Source: an uncultured beta proteobacterium
Lineage (GTDB): Bacteria > Pseudomonadota > Gammaproteobacteria > Burkholderiales > SG8-41
NCBI GenBank assembly: GCA_903893565.1
Contig: CAITMU010000121.1
Location: forward strand, 19,426 to 83,425
Reading direction: 5' to 3'
DNA length: 64,000 bases
Shown here in pieces: positions 27,521 through 37,102 of this stretch (the stretch's first letter is position 1; every line of letters starts with the position of its first letter). The position numbers were made by a program, and so were the translations under genes. The notes beneath the pieces are model-generated. The model saw only the letters and a program-made list of their open reading frames with translations. It had not been told where the DNA came from and did no database searches.

Positions 27521-28336
27521 GTGAATGATCCTCAAGTGCCTCGCCCAGCCGCTACCGTGACGCTGGTGCGAGAAGCCCCAGCCGGTTTTGAAGTGCTCAT
27601 GATGCAACGTAACTTTAAATCGGTTTTTATGCCGGGTATGCATGTTTTTCCCGGTGGCGGGGTTGATCTGAACGATAGCGCCGGCATCTTGGCCCAGCGT
27701 TGCTTGCATTTGGATGATAAGGCGGCCAGTCAGCAATTGGGTATCAGTTCGGGGGGGCTGGCTTATTGGGTGGCTGCCGTGCGTGAGGCCTTTGAAGAAG
27801 CGGGCATCTTATTAGCTTGTGAGACCTCGGGTCATTATGTGAACTTAAATGATGCCGATAAAGTCGATCGGTTTCACGCCTATCGTGAACAAATAGAAAA
27901 AGGCACGCTGCATTTAAGTCACATGTTGGAAAGTGAATCGTTGCAATTGCCTTTAAAAGACATGATTTATTTTAGCCATTGGATTACCCCAATGGGGGCC
28001 CCAAGGCGTTATGACACTCGATTTTTTGTAGCGATGGCCCCTCCCTCGCAAAAGCCCTTACATGACAATCGCGAGACCATCAATCACGTGTGGATACGTC
28101 CAGCCGATGCCTTAGCAAAAAATAAATTAAAACAGTTTGATATGCGCACCCCTACGGTCTTTACCTTGAAATTATTTGCCGAGCATGAGCGCATTGATTC
28201 CTTGTTTAAATCGCTCCAAGCCTTAGGCGATATTCCCGTCATGGAGCCACGCATTGCAAAAAATGGTCGTCGCGTATTGCCCGGTGACCCCGATTATGAA
28301 GCCGCAGGAAGCCCCGAAGGAAGAGGAGTGTATTGA
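27521..28336 (+). CDS. NUDIX hydrolase
   Basis: Nudix box: FPGGGVDLNDS...VREAFEEAGILLA. GTG start as called in the track. Confidence 0.75.
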   Translation: MNDPQVPRPAATVTLVREAPAGFEVLMMQRNFKSVFMPGMHVFPGGGVDLNDSAGILAQRCLHLDDKAASQQLGISSGGLAYWVAAVREAFEEAGILLACETSGHYVNLNDADKVDRFHAYREQIEKGTLHLSHMLESESLQLPLKDMIYFSHWITPMGAPRRYDTRFFVAMAPPSQKPLHDNRETINHVWIRPADALAKNKLKQFDMRTPTVFTLKLFAEHERIDSLFKSLQALGDIPVMEPRIAKNGRRVLPGDPDYEAAGSPEGRGVY

Positions 28337-28338
28337 AT

Positions 28339-29190
28339 ATGAATAAATCAATCATACCGGGTGATGTTGCCAAACTGCACCCCCTTGTTTGCCGTATCAC
28401 CGCGGCCAATCCGGGCATGATGACGGGGCCCGGAACCAACACCTATATCGTGGGTGACAGTGAATCGAAGTTGGCCTTGATTGATCCGGGGCCTGAGTTA
28501 GGAGAACACATTGATCGACTCATTGAGTTGGTTAAAGGGCGTTTAGAATGGATTTTCTGTACTCATACCCATCTGGACCATTCGCCGGCCTCCCGAGCCT
28601 TGCAAAGTGCTACTGGCGCTAAAATTTTAGGCTTTGGTCATGTGCCTAATGATGGGCGTCAAGATACCTTTTTTAAACCCGATCAGGCCTTAGGGCATGA
28701 TGATGTGGTTGATTGTGGGGCTTTTAAGATTCGAGCCGTACACACCCCGGGACATGCGTCTAACCACCTTTGCTATCTTTTGGAAAACAAGGGATTGCTC
28801 TTTACGGGGGACCACGTGATGCAAGGCTCCACCGTCGTGATCTCCCCGCCCGATGGCGATATGCTCGCGTATTTTGCCTCATTACACTTATTAAGCCACT
28901 ACAGTATTTCGTCATTTTTACCGGGCCACGGACACGTGATCGATGCGCCTCGCGAAGAAGTGATTAAAATTCTTGCCCATCGATTAAAAAGAGAGCAAAA
29001 AATCATCGACACCTTGGTTCAAGTCAACGAAGGATCGTTAGATCAATTGGTCACTCGGGTGTATGACGACGTACATGAGAAATTGCATATCCCCGCCAAA
29101 CGATCCTTGCATGCCCATTTGTTAAAGCTCCTCCAAGAGGGGCGAGTGAGCCTAAAGGATGACATCTGGAAAATGAATGCCTCTCATTAG
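28339..29190 (+). CDS. MBL-fold metallo-hydrolase
   Basis: Contains THTHLDHS (the HxHxDH motif). I prefer the ATG at 28339, 10 nt after AGGAG, over the TTG at 28333 used by the track. Confidence 0.85.
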   Translation: MNKSIIPGDVAKLHPLVCRITAANPGMMTGPGTNTYIVGDSESKLALIDPGPELGEHIDRLIELVKGRLEWIFCTHTHLDHSPASRALQSATGAKILGFGHVPNDGRQDTFFKPDQALGHDDVVDCGAFKIRAVHTPGHASNHLCYLLENKGLLFTGDHVMQGSTVVISPPDGDMLAYFASLHLLSHYSISSFLPGHGHVIDAPREEVIKILAHRLKREQKIIDTLVQVNEGSLDQLVTRVYDDVHEKLHIPAKRSLHAHLLKLLQEGRVSLKDDIWKMNASH

Positions 29191-29264
29191 AGGACCTTCT
29201 ATCGGTTGTCCCTCTGCGTGTCTAAAACAAAACTGTAGTCATTCCATCAAAGAAGGACGCAGCG

Positions 29265-29441
29265 ATGAAGAAATTTGACCCGACGCAAATGAGCTATTTC
29301 ACTGGCACTGAGAAGTACTACCGAATCAGCCGCAGGCACCTGCTGACCGACGGCACCAATTACTTGGCAGAAAAGGCCGGGTGCTTTTGGATGATGGATG
29401 CGATTGCCAGCCACCTTAGCGAGATTGGCACTGCGCACTGA
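29265..29441 (+). pseudogene. DUF6876-like fragment (mobile-element-associated family)
   Basis: A 58-aa ORF below the track cutoff: MKKFDPTQMSYFTGTEKYYRISRRHLLTDGTNYLAEKAGCFWMMDAIASHL.. This fits the FTGTE.yYR...TDG..yLAE..ga.Wl.D pattern. It appears truncated relative to my recollection of about 110-130 aa for the family. Confidence 0.4.
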
Positions 29442-29713
29442 TTTTGACAGACTGTCATTGCCCAAGTGCAACCGATATGAGCCTTGATCCATTGCGTTTC
29501 GGGGACTATCTCGGACATATCCTCGAAGCCATTTCGCAAATTTAAACATCTCGATTCTTGATCCTTGGCGCCAATTGAAAATTTTGACGCGGCGAACGTC
29601 GTGAATAGTCGCGTCATTTACTCTGCGTCCGCTCATCCTTAAATCCAAATTTGCTGAACTGTAATTCCGTAATTTACGATTTATGTTTCCGTAATTTATG
29701 CTAAAGTAGAGGC

Positions 29714-30955
29714 ATGAAAACAAGCGCCTTCTACCCCCGATGGATTGAGCCACGCATTGCCGAGGCGCTGCAAGACACGCCGGTTGTATTTTTAGCGGGC
29801 CCACGCCAATCCGGTAAAACTACGCTTGTGCGGCAGATCGCGAATGACAAGGGGCTGCGCTACCTGACGCTTGACGATCAACTGACATTGCTGTCTGCGC
29901 GGGAGGATCCGGTTGGCATGATTCGCAGCGTGGACCGCGCAGTCATTGACGAAATTCAGCGCGCACCGCAGCTACTTCTAGCGATCAAGAAAAGCGTGGA
30001 TGAAGACCGTCGCCCCGGACGTTTTCTATTGACCGGATCGGCCAACCTCATGGCCTTGCCCACCGTGGCCGACTCGCTGGCCGGGCGGATGGAGACGCTG
30101 GCCCTCCTACCCCTGTCACAAAGCGAAATTGAGGGGCACTCGTCGAACTGGATCGACAGCGCTTTCACCGGAAAAATCTTGAATTGCGTCGCCCCTAGCC
30201 AAGGCCAGGTTTTAGTAGAACGCGTGCTGCGTGGCGGTTATCCTGAGGCGATTGCCCGCCCATCAGCCAAGCGCCGCAACACATGGGCACGGCAGTACAT
30301 GGACGCCATCATCCAGCGGGATGTGCGCGATATCGCCGGGATTGAGAAACTTGACCAGTTGCCTCGCTTTTTCAGCGCGTTGGGACAAACCGCCGGGCAA
30401 ATGTGCAACTACACCAAACTCGGTGGGCAAGTCGGCCTTGATGGCAAAACGGCATCGCGCTACATCGGCGTTTTTGAGCAGATGTATTTGCTTAGGCGTG
30501 TGGATGTGTGGGCGCACAACCGCCTCAACCGTGTCGTCAAGACGCCTAAGTTGCAGTTCTTAGACGCTGGATTGCTTGCCACTTTGCTTGAATTGACGAC
30601 GGAGGAAGTCCTCCATAACCGCACCCGGTTTGGCCATGTATTGGAAACTTTCGTTTTTGCTGAATTGCTCAAGCACACCACGATATCGGAAGGCGACTAC
30701 CGCCTGCTGTATTACCGGGATGCAGACAAGTATGAGGTTGACGTAGTTATTGAAAACGCGGCCGGGCAACTGGTGGGGGTCGAAGTCAAGGCTTCGGCCA
30801 CGGTCACGAAAGATGATCTACGTGGACTCAAAAAGTTGGCGAGCCTGGCGGGCGATCAATTCAAAATGGGAATTCTGTTGTACGACGGCGACGAGACCTT
30901 GCCGTTGGGGGAAGACATCTGGGCCGCTCCGCTTTCCACTTTGTGGGGCGGATGA
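29714..30955 (+). CDS. AAA-ATPase with C-terminal DUF4143 (PD-(D/E)xK-like) domain
   Basis: Walker A in FLAGPRQSGKTT and a Walker B-like DEIQ. The C-terminus YRDADKYEVDVVIENAAGQLVGVEVK fits a D...E-x-K nuclease-like motif. 413 aa. Confidence 0.85.
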   Translation: MKTSAFYPRWIEPRIAEALQDTPVVFLAGPRQSGKTTLVRQIANDKGLRYLTLDDQLTLLSAREDPVGMIRSVDRAVIDEIQRAPQLLLAIKKSVDEDRRPGRFLLTGSANLMALPTVADSLAGRMETLALLPLSQSEIEGHSSNWIDSAFTGKILNCVAPSQGQVLVERVLRGGYPEAIARPSAKRRNTWARQYMDAIIQRDVRDIAGIEKLDQLPRFFSALGQTAGQMCNYTKLGGQVGLDGKTASRYIGVFEQMYLLRRVDVWAHNRLNRVVKTPKLQFLDAGLLATLLELTTEEVLHNRTRFGHVLETFVFAELLKHTTISEGDYRLLYYRDADKYEVDVVIENAAGQLVGVEVKASATVTKDDLRGLKKLASLAGDQFKMGILLYDGDETLPLGEDIWAAPLSTLWGG

Positions 30956-30964
30956 CAATTCAGA

Positions 30965-31177
30965 ATGGATGACCCTGACCATTCTGATGATGAGGAAAGG
31001 TTCGTTTTACTGGGTCTTAGCAGCACACTTAAAGTGGTGTTGGTTTGTCATTGTTATCGTGAGGAAGGAAATGTGATCAGAATCATTTCTGCACGAAAAG
31101 CATCAGCGTATGAATCTAAGCAATATCGATCAAAGGTGCACTATGAGAAAAGAATACGATTTCAGCAAGGCACTTAA
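30965..31177 (+). pseudogene. brnT: BrnT-family (DUF497) toxin, 5'-truncated
   Basis: DHSDDEERFVLLGLSSTLKVVLVCHCYREEGNVIRIISARKASAYESKQY matches the C-terminal two thirds of DUF497. The N-terminal FEWD..KHGVSF segment is absent. The frame is closed by the ATPase stop region at 30953-30955. Confidence 0.6.
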
Positions 31178-31352
31178 GAATCCTTATGCTTCTCAGTTAA
31201 AGAAGCAGATCACCATTCGTTTGGATGAGGACTCAATAGGCTACTTTAAAGAAATTTCTGATCAAGTTGGTATTCCATATCAAAGTTTAATCAACCTTTA
31301 CCTGCGCGATTGCGTTGCACAAAACCGTAAATTAGATCTACGTTGGAAGTGA
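31143..31352 (+). CDS. brnA: BrnA antitoxin (CopG/RHH type)
   Basis: MRKEYDFSKALKNPYASQLKKQITIRLDEDSIGYFKEISDQVGIPYQSLINLYLRDC is a typical BrnA sequence. The track ORF starts 11 codons earlier. Confidence 0.8.
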   Translation: MRKEYDFSKALKNPYASQLKKQITIRLDEDSIGYFKEISDQVGIPYQSLINLYLRDCVAQNRKLDLRWK

Positions 31353-31376
31353 TGCATCAATAAGCTTTTTGGGAAT

Positions 31377-31544
31377 TTACTTTGGGTTTTTGATCTGACT
31401 CGGACCTGCTTGAATACTGTGAAATCCCCACTGAGCCCATAGCAACCATCGCGCTTCCTGCGCGTTCATGGCCCGAACTTCTGTTTTGATCACTTGGCTG
31501 CGGCCTTTGACATGTACGCGAACTGATGCTTGAAAGGTGTTCAT
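31377..31544 (-). CDS. Small hypothetical protein (55 aa)
   Basis: Manually found ORF below the track cutoff: MNTFQASVRVHVKGRSQVIKTEVRAMNAQEARWLLWAQWGFHSIQAGPSQIKNPK. No recognisable family. The coding status is uncertain. Confidence 0.3.
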   Translation of the reverse strand: MNTFQASVRVHVKGRSQVIKTEVRAMNAQEARWLLWAQWGFHSIQAGPSQIKNPK

Positions 31545-31847
31545 CAATTACTTATCCAAAAAAAGAACCTGCTTTTTTTCGGAACTCATTTGCCCTCTTG
31601 AACAAGAAGTCGCCTGCCTTCGGCATGGGGTGGCAATGCCACTCCAAGACCCCATTTATTCAATAATTTTCACCAATTTTTTATACCTTTTTGTTTTAGC
31701 CATTTAAATGGCAAAGTGCTTTAGTCTTCGCGTAATAAAAAAAATCGGGCCTTTAAAAAAGACCCGATTAATCGACACCAGAATATTGAACTTAAAACTC
31801 TCCGCTCTTAATGAGCGGTTTTTTTTCCCCTGTTAAGAGACCTCCAA

Positions 31848-31894
31848 AACAGAATCAGTCAGTGCCCTTTTGCAAAGGATGGGCTGATTCTGTT
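31848..31894 (-). terminator. Long stem-loop just downstream of acnA (putative terminator)
   Basis: Perfect 11-bp arms aacagaatcag / ctgattctgtt. An inner CCTTT-TGC-AAAGG hairpin sits in the loop. On the minus strand the stem runs into tgtttt. Confidence 0.5.
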
Positions 31895-31906
31895 GAGACG
31901 GTCGAC

Positions 31907-34585
31907 TTAGGCCAGTAGTTCACGCAACACGTAGGGCAAGATCCCGCCGTGATGGTAATAATCGACTTCCACGGGGGTATCAATACGTAAGGTTAAAGGC
32001 ACGTTTTCTTTGCTGCCGTTCTTGCGCGTAATGGTCATGGTCACATCTTGCATCGGGGTAATGCCTTTTTCGATCCCGGTGATGTCAATGATTTCTGAGC
32101 CATCAAGTTTAAGCGTTTGTGCAGTCGTGCCGGGCTTAAATTCCAAAGGCAGAACGCCCATGAACACTAAGTTGGCACGATGGATACGTTCGAAGGCACG
32201 AACCACAACCGCTTTGCTACCCAGTAATTGCGGTCCCTTAGCGGCCCAGTCGCGTGAAGAGCCTTGGCCATATTCATCGCCTCCGAAGACCACGGAAGGC
32301 ACGCCTTCTTTTTGATAGCGCATAGCGGCTTCATAAATCGAAGTCTGCTCGCCTGAAGGGTGGTGAATCGTGACCCCGCCTTCAGTGCCTGCGACCATTA
32401 GGTTTTTGATCCGAATGTTAGCAAAGGTGCCGCGCATCATGACTTCATGATTGCCACGACGTGCGCCGTAGGTATTAAAGTCAGCAATGTCGACTTTATG
32501 CTCCTGGAGGTATTTGCCCGCAGGAGAACTCGCACGAATGCCACCGGCAGGACTGATGTGGTCGGTGGTGATCGCGTCGCCAAAGATCCCCAGAACGCGT
32601 GCGCCGTGGATGTCTTTCACGGTGCCCGGGGTCATGCTGAAGTTATCGAAGTACGTGGGCAGACGCACGTAAGTGGAGTCTTTATTCCATTCGTAGGTCG
32701 CGCCCGACTGTGAGGGGATGCTGTCCCACATGGGGTTACCCTTACCGAAATCGGAGAAGAGCTTTTTATACATGTTGGGATCGGTCGCAAACTTCATGAC
32801 TTCACCGACCTCAGCCGTCGAGGGCCAGATGTCTTTCAAATAGACGGGCTTGCCGTCTTTGCCTGTACCCAAGGGGTCTTTGGACATGTCGATATCAATC
32901 GTGCCAGCGATACCAAAGGCCACCACTAAAGGCGGGCTCATCAGGAAGTTCGCTTTGATATTTTGATGAATACGCGCTTCGAAGTTACGGTTACCTGAGA
33001 GCACCGCGGCTGCGATCACATCGTTCTTGCCAACGGCCTCATCAATATGGGCATCCAAGGGGCCGGAATTGCCGATACAGGTGGTGCAGCCGTAGCCCGC
33101 GACGTAGTAACCGAGTTGCTCTAGGTAGGTCAATAGCCCTGCATTCTTTAAGTATTCCGTCACAGCCAGAGAGCCGGGTCCTAAAGAGGTTTTAACACGG
33201 GGGTGGGGCTTGATGCCTTTTTCTACCGCTTTTTTGGCGAGTAAGCCCGCGCCCAGTAATACCCCAGGATTGGAGGTATTGGTGCAGGAGGTGATGGCTG
33301 AAATCAGCACATCGCCATGGCCCACATCCACACCACTTTCTGTGGTTGAGACCCGCTTGCCAATGTCGCCTGTCTTACCGTAGCCACCTTCGGCAAACGA
33401 TTTGTTCATTAGCGAGCGATAGGTATTGCCAATTTCAGATAATTCCATGTGGTCGTGTGGACGACGCGGTCCTGACACGGCCGGTCTTACTGTAGAAAGA
33501 TCCATTTCGACAACGGCTGAATAATCGATATCGCCTTTTTTGGGCATGCCATACATGCCTTGGGCTTTCCAGTAAGCTTTTACAGCGGGCACAATGTTGC
33601 CACGGCCTGTCATTTCCAAGAAGTCACAAGCCACGTCGTCGACCGGGAAGAAGCCACAGGTGGCGCCGTATTCAGGGGCCATGTTACCGATGGTGGCACG
33701 ATCCGGCAGGCGTAAGGAGGCAGCACCTTCACCAAAAAACTCTACAAATTTACCCACGACTTTGTGGTCACGCAAAGTTTTTACGATTTTTAATACTAAA
33801 TCCGTTGCCGTAACGCCATCGGCCAACTTGCCGGTTAAATGAACGCCTACGACATCGGGTTCCAAGAAATACATCGGTTGGCCCAACATTGCCGCTTCGG
33901 CTTCAATACCGCCTACACCCCAACCCAAGACACCGAGGCCGTTGACCATGGTGGTATGCGAATCAATCCCCACCAAACTGTCGGGATAATACATGTTGCC
34001 TTTATTCCAAACGACTTGGGAGACATACTCCAGATTGATCTGGTGGCAAATCCCATTGCCCGGAGGGATGATTTGGAAGGTTTTAAAGGCTTGAGCACTC
34101 CACTTCAAGAATTCATAACGTTCACGGTTACGGGCAAACTCCGTTTCCATGTTCTTTTTGAGTGAGTCAGGGGTGCCGTAGTGATCGATCTGAACCGAGT
34201 GGTCCATAATCAAGTGTCCGGGACATAACGGTTCAATCACGGCGGGGTCTTTACCCATCGCTTTGGCCGCTTCGCGCATGGCAGCGAAGTCCACCACTAA
34301 AGGAACACCGGTCATGTCTTGCAACAATACGCGAGCCACAACGATGGGCACTTCCGAGGAGCGCTTGGAGATGGGCTTCCAACCGGCTAAAGATTTCAGA
34401 TGAGCTTCGGTGATTTTTTTGCCATCGAAGTTACGTAAGGCCGATTCCAGCACCACGCGCAAACTCACGGGAAGACGGGAAATTTTGCCCAATCCGGCTT
34501 TTTCCAGCGCTGGCAAAGAATAATACTGTCCGGTTTTACCGGCAAAACTGAATTCTTGAAGCGAATTGTGAAGATTGTGACTCAT
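31907..34585 (-). CDS. acnA: Aconitate hydratase A
   Basis: About 892 aa. Motifs include [15 protein letters not shown] and CTTCIGNSG (Fe-S ligands). I place the start at [12 protein letters not shown], which has AGGAG 5 nt upstream. The track ORF begins 5 codons earlier. Confidence 0.92.
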   Translation of the reverse strand: MSHNLHNSLQEFSFAGKTGQYYSLPALEKAGLGKISRLPVSLRVVLESALRNFDGKKITEAHLKSLAGWKPISKRSSEVPIVVARVLLQDMTGVPLVVDFAAMREAAKAMGKDPAVIEPLCPGHLIMDHSVQIDHYGTPDSLKKNMETEFARNRERYEFLKWSAQAFKTFQIIPPGNGICHQINLEYVSQVVWNKGNMYYPDSLVGIDSHTTMVNGLGVLGWGVGGIEAEAAMLGQPMYFLEPDVVGVHLTGKLADGVTATDLVLKIVKTLRDHKVVGKFVEFFGEGAASLRLPDRATIGNMAPEYGATCGFFPVDDVACDFLEMTGRGNIVPAVKAYWKAQGMYGMPKKGDIDYSAVVEMDLSTVRPAVSGPRRPHDHMELSEIGNTYRSLMNKSFAEGGYGKTGDIGKRVSTTESGVDVGHGDVLISAITSCTNTSNPGVLLGAGLLAKKAVEKGIKPHPRVKTSLGPGSLAVTEYLKNAGLLTYLEQLGYYVAGYGCTTCIGNSGPLDAHIDEAVGKNDVIAAAVLSGNRNFEARIHQNIKANFLMSPPLVVAFGIAGTIDIDMSKDPLGTGKDGKPVYLKDIWPSTAEVGEVMKFATDPNMYKKLFSDFGKGNPMWDSIPSQSGATYEWNKDSTYVRLPTYFDNFSMTPGTVKDIHGARVLGIFGDAITTDHISPAGGIRASSPAGKYLQEHKVDIADFNTYGARRGNHEVMMRGTFANIRIKNLMVAGTEGGVTIHHPSGEQTSIYEAAMRYQKEGVPSVVFGGDEYGQGSSRDWAAKGPQLLGSKAVVVRAFERIHRANLVFMGVLPLEFKPGTTAQTLKLDGSEIIDITGIEKGITPMQDVTMTITRKNGSKENVPLTLRIDTPVEVDYYHHGGILPYVLRELLA

Positions 34586-35117
34586 TTTTACTCCTGACAA
34601 GTGGAATTGGGACTGCTAACAGCCGATGTAAAGCGTGAAGCGAGGACATACAGAAATAGAGACAGAACAAACAATAAACGCGGGAAAATCATCAAAGCCA
34701 TCACTGCCTTCCCGTTTTTAGGCTCAGGGGTAGCGGGACGCTTTAATTTTTTTCTGTTTTTTTGGCCATTGAATCTGCCGATTAAGGCAGGGGAATGGGA
34801 AAAAAGCATAATTTCCTAAGTTAACTGATCGGCTTAGCCACTGTCAAGTGCGCACTCATCTTCGTTGTCCTAACGGGCTTAAATCGAGTCCCGGAGCGTT
34901 CACGCCCCATTTTTGAAGGGTGGGGGTTGGCAGGGGCTGCGAGTTTTCCCGCCTCACGTGAGGTTTCACACGAATTTCACTATTTTGGGTAAACTCGGGC
35001 TTCAGGGAGCTTGGTTTAAGTATCATAAATCGGTAACACCGCTCATAACGAGGTGCCGCCAGATCTCTGAAGCCCATTTTTTACTTTTTAAGCCCCTCAA
35101 TCCGTGAGTCCTATCCT

Positions 35118-35579
35118 ATGGTTGACCGCGTTGTTTTTGTGGTTGTCTTATTATTAGCCGGTGTTTATCTGTGGGCGAGCGCTCAAATCCCGGAGTTAGA
35201 GATGGGCGACCCCCTGGGGCCCAAAGCCTTTCCTCGTTTTCTGGGGGTGGGGTTGATAATTTGTGCGGGGATGCTTTTTTTTGAGATGCGAATGAAGTCT
35301 CTTAAAGCCTCACGCGTAGCGGCTGGGCAGGGATCTAAACCTAGGGCCTGGGGATTTATTTTGATCATGGTGGTGGTGATCGGTCTATATTTTCTTATGT
35401 TTGAACGGTTAGGTTACGTGATTTCAACCAGTCTTTTTTTGTGCCTCACGACCAGTTACTTTAATCGTGGAAAGACCATGGCCAATGTCTGTACTAGCTT
35501 AGGCTATAGCGGCGCGAGCTATTACTTATTTAGTGTTCTACTAGGCGTTAATCTTCCCCACGGACTGTTACCCTTTTAG
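35118..35579 (+). CDS. tctB: Tripartite tricarboxylate transporter small membrane subunit TctB
   Basis: 153-aa protein with four transmembrane-like segments, directly upstream of tctA. Confidence 0.8.
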   Translation: MVDRVVFVVVLLLAGVYLWASAQIPELEMGDPLGPKAFPRFLGVGLIICAGMLFFEMRMKSLKASRVAAGQGSKPRAWGFILIMVVVIGLYFLMFERLGYVISTSLFLCLTTSYFNRGKTMANVCTSLGYSGASYYLFSVLLGVNLPHGLLPF

Positions 35580-35590
35580 GCCAAACACTC

Positions 35591-37102
35591 ATGGACACCG
35601 TCGCTCACATCCTTAATGGATTTTCTATTTGTCTGACACCCATTAATCTGGGCTATACCTTTTTGGGCGTTTTGATGGGCACCATCATCGGTGTGCTACC
35701 CGGTATCGGCCCATCGGCCGGTATTGCCCTTTTGATACCCGTAACCTTTGGGATGAATCCAACCTCAGCGCTCATTATGATGTGCGGTATTTATTACGGT
35801 ACAAAATACGGGGGATCCACAACCGCTATTTTGATTAGAACCCCTGGAGAGGCCGCCTCAGTCATGACCTCGATTGATGGCTATGAAATGGCTAAAAAGG
35901 GAAGGGCGGGTGCCGCCTTGGCGGTGTCTGCGATTGGTTCATTTATTGCCGGCACACTGGGCGTGGTGGCGCTGAGCGTATTCGCGGTGCCGCTATCGTC
36001 GATGGCGCTTAAATTTGGTCCAGCTGAATACTTTACTTTGATGCTCTTTGCGATGACGGCGGTGGCCAGTCTGACCGGACAATCCGCAGCCAAGGGGGTG
36101 TTTTCTTGCTTACTCGGATTAATGATCTCTACCATCGGCATTGATTTGCAAAGTGGTCAGTCCCGATTTACTTTTGGGGTGGATGAATTTCAGGACGGGG
36201 TCGGCTTCGTCGTCGTGGTCGTGGGTCTTTTTGCGGTCGCTGAAGTCTTTCGAGGTTTAGAGGACATCGTAAAAGGCAGTAGTGCTAAAACCATGGCCAT
36301 CCATGGACGATTATGGCTTACTCGTGAGGAATGGGTTCGGTCCGTGGGCCCCATATGGCGCGGTGGGGTGCTGGGCTTTATTGTCGGGGTCTTGCCGGGG
36401 GCGGGTGGTACGATTGCCTCGATTATGTCCTACACCACAGAAAAAAGATTGTCCTCCCATCCGGAACGCTTTGGCCATGGCGCCATCGAAGCCGTCGCAG
36501 GTCCCGAGTCAGCCAATAACTCCGATACCGCAGGGGCGATGGTGCCGTTGTTAACCCTTGGTATTCCGGGCGGAGGGTCCACGGCGGTATTGATGGGGGC
36601 CTTTATCATGTATGGCGTACAACCCGGCCCCATGTTATTTGAAAATCATCCTGATCTTGTCTGGGGTCTTATCGATAGCATGTATGTGGGTAATGTAATG
36701 CTGCTCATTCTGAATCTGCCTTTGATTGGTGTATTTGTTAAATTACTGACTATTCCAGTCGGTATTCTGTATCCCTTGATCATTGCCATTTCGGTCATCG
36801 GTGCCTATGCCATTAACTCGAGTATGACGGATCTTTATTTGATTTTGGGGTTTGGTGTTGTAGGCTATGTGTTTGATAAAGTGGATATTCCCGTGGCCCC
36901 CCTCGTGCTCTCTTTGGTGCTCGGTAGCATGATGGAGCAATCCTTTCGTCAAGCGATGACCATTTCGGGTGGGGATCCCAAGATTTTTGTGAGTAGTAGT
37001 ATCACCGTTAGTTTGATTGTTTTGTCGGTGGTGTCGTTATTGGTGTCTTTTTTATTACCAAAATTGAGACAGTTTAAGGAAGATGGAAACAGTGATGCAT
37101 AA
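35591..37102 (+). CDS. tctA: Tripartite tricarboxylate transporter large permease TctA
   Basis: 503-aa polytopic membrane protein. ..GVLPGIGPSAGIALLIP.. and ..GVLPGAGGTIASIMSY.. form the duplicated TctA motif. Confidence 0.9.
   Translation: MDTVAHILNGFSICLTPINLGYTFLGVLMGTIIGVLPGIGPSAGIALLIPVTFGMNPTSALIMMCGIYYGTKYGGSTTAILIRTPGEAASVMTSIDGYEMAKKGRAGAALAVSAIGSFIAGTLGVVALSVFAVPLSSMALKFGPAEYFTLMLFAMTAVASLTGQSAAKGVFSCLLGLMISTIGIDLQSGQSRFTFGVDEFQDGVGFVVVVVGLFAVAEVFRGLEDIVKGSSAKTMAIHGRLWLTREEWVRSVGPIWRGGVLGFIVGVLPGAGGTIASIMSYTTEKRLSSHPERFGHGAIEAVAGPESANNSDTAGAMVPLLTLGIPGGGSTAVLMGAFIMYGVQPGPMLFENHPDLVWGLIDSMYVGNVMLLILNLPLIGVFVKLLTIPVGILYPLIIAISVIGAYAINSSMTDLYLILGFGVVGYVFDKVDIPVAPLVLSLVLGSMMEQSFRQAMTISGGDPKIFVSSSITVSLIVLSVVSLLVSFLLPKLRQFKEDGNSDA

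Noticed and set aside
29247-29804. The 185-aa and 85-aa minus-strand ORFs upstream of the ATPase gene.
   Set aside because: They run antisense across the DUF6876-like fragment and the ATPase start. They have low-complexity, Arg-rich composition and no recognisable domain. The plus-strand fragments explain the region better.
32010-34165. Multiple plus-strand ORFs (61-108 aa) inside acnA, and similar ones inside the second aconitase (44945-47351), sucA, sdhA and others.
   Set aside because: They are antisense ORFs nested in long, strongly supported genes, with no independent signals.
34588-35107. Four 64-73-aa ORFs in the acnA-tctB intergenic region.
   Set aside because: They are overlapping ORFs on both strands with biased, low-complexity composition and no RBS or motif. 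The region is more plausibly a divergent promoter.
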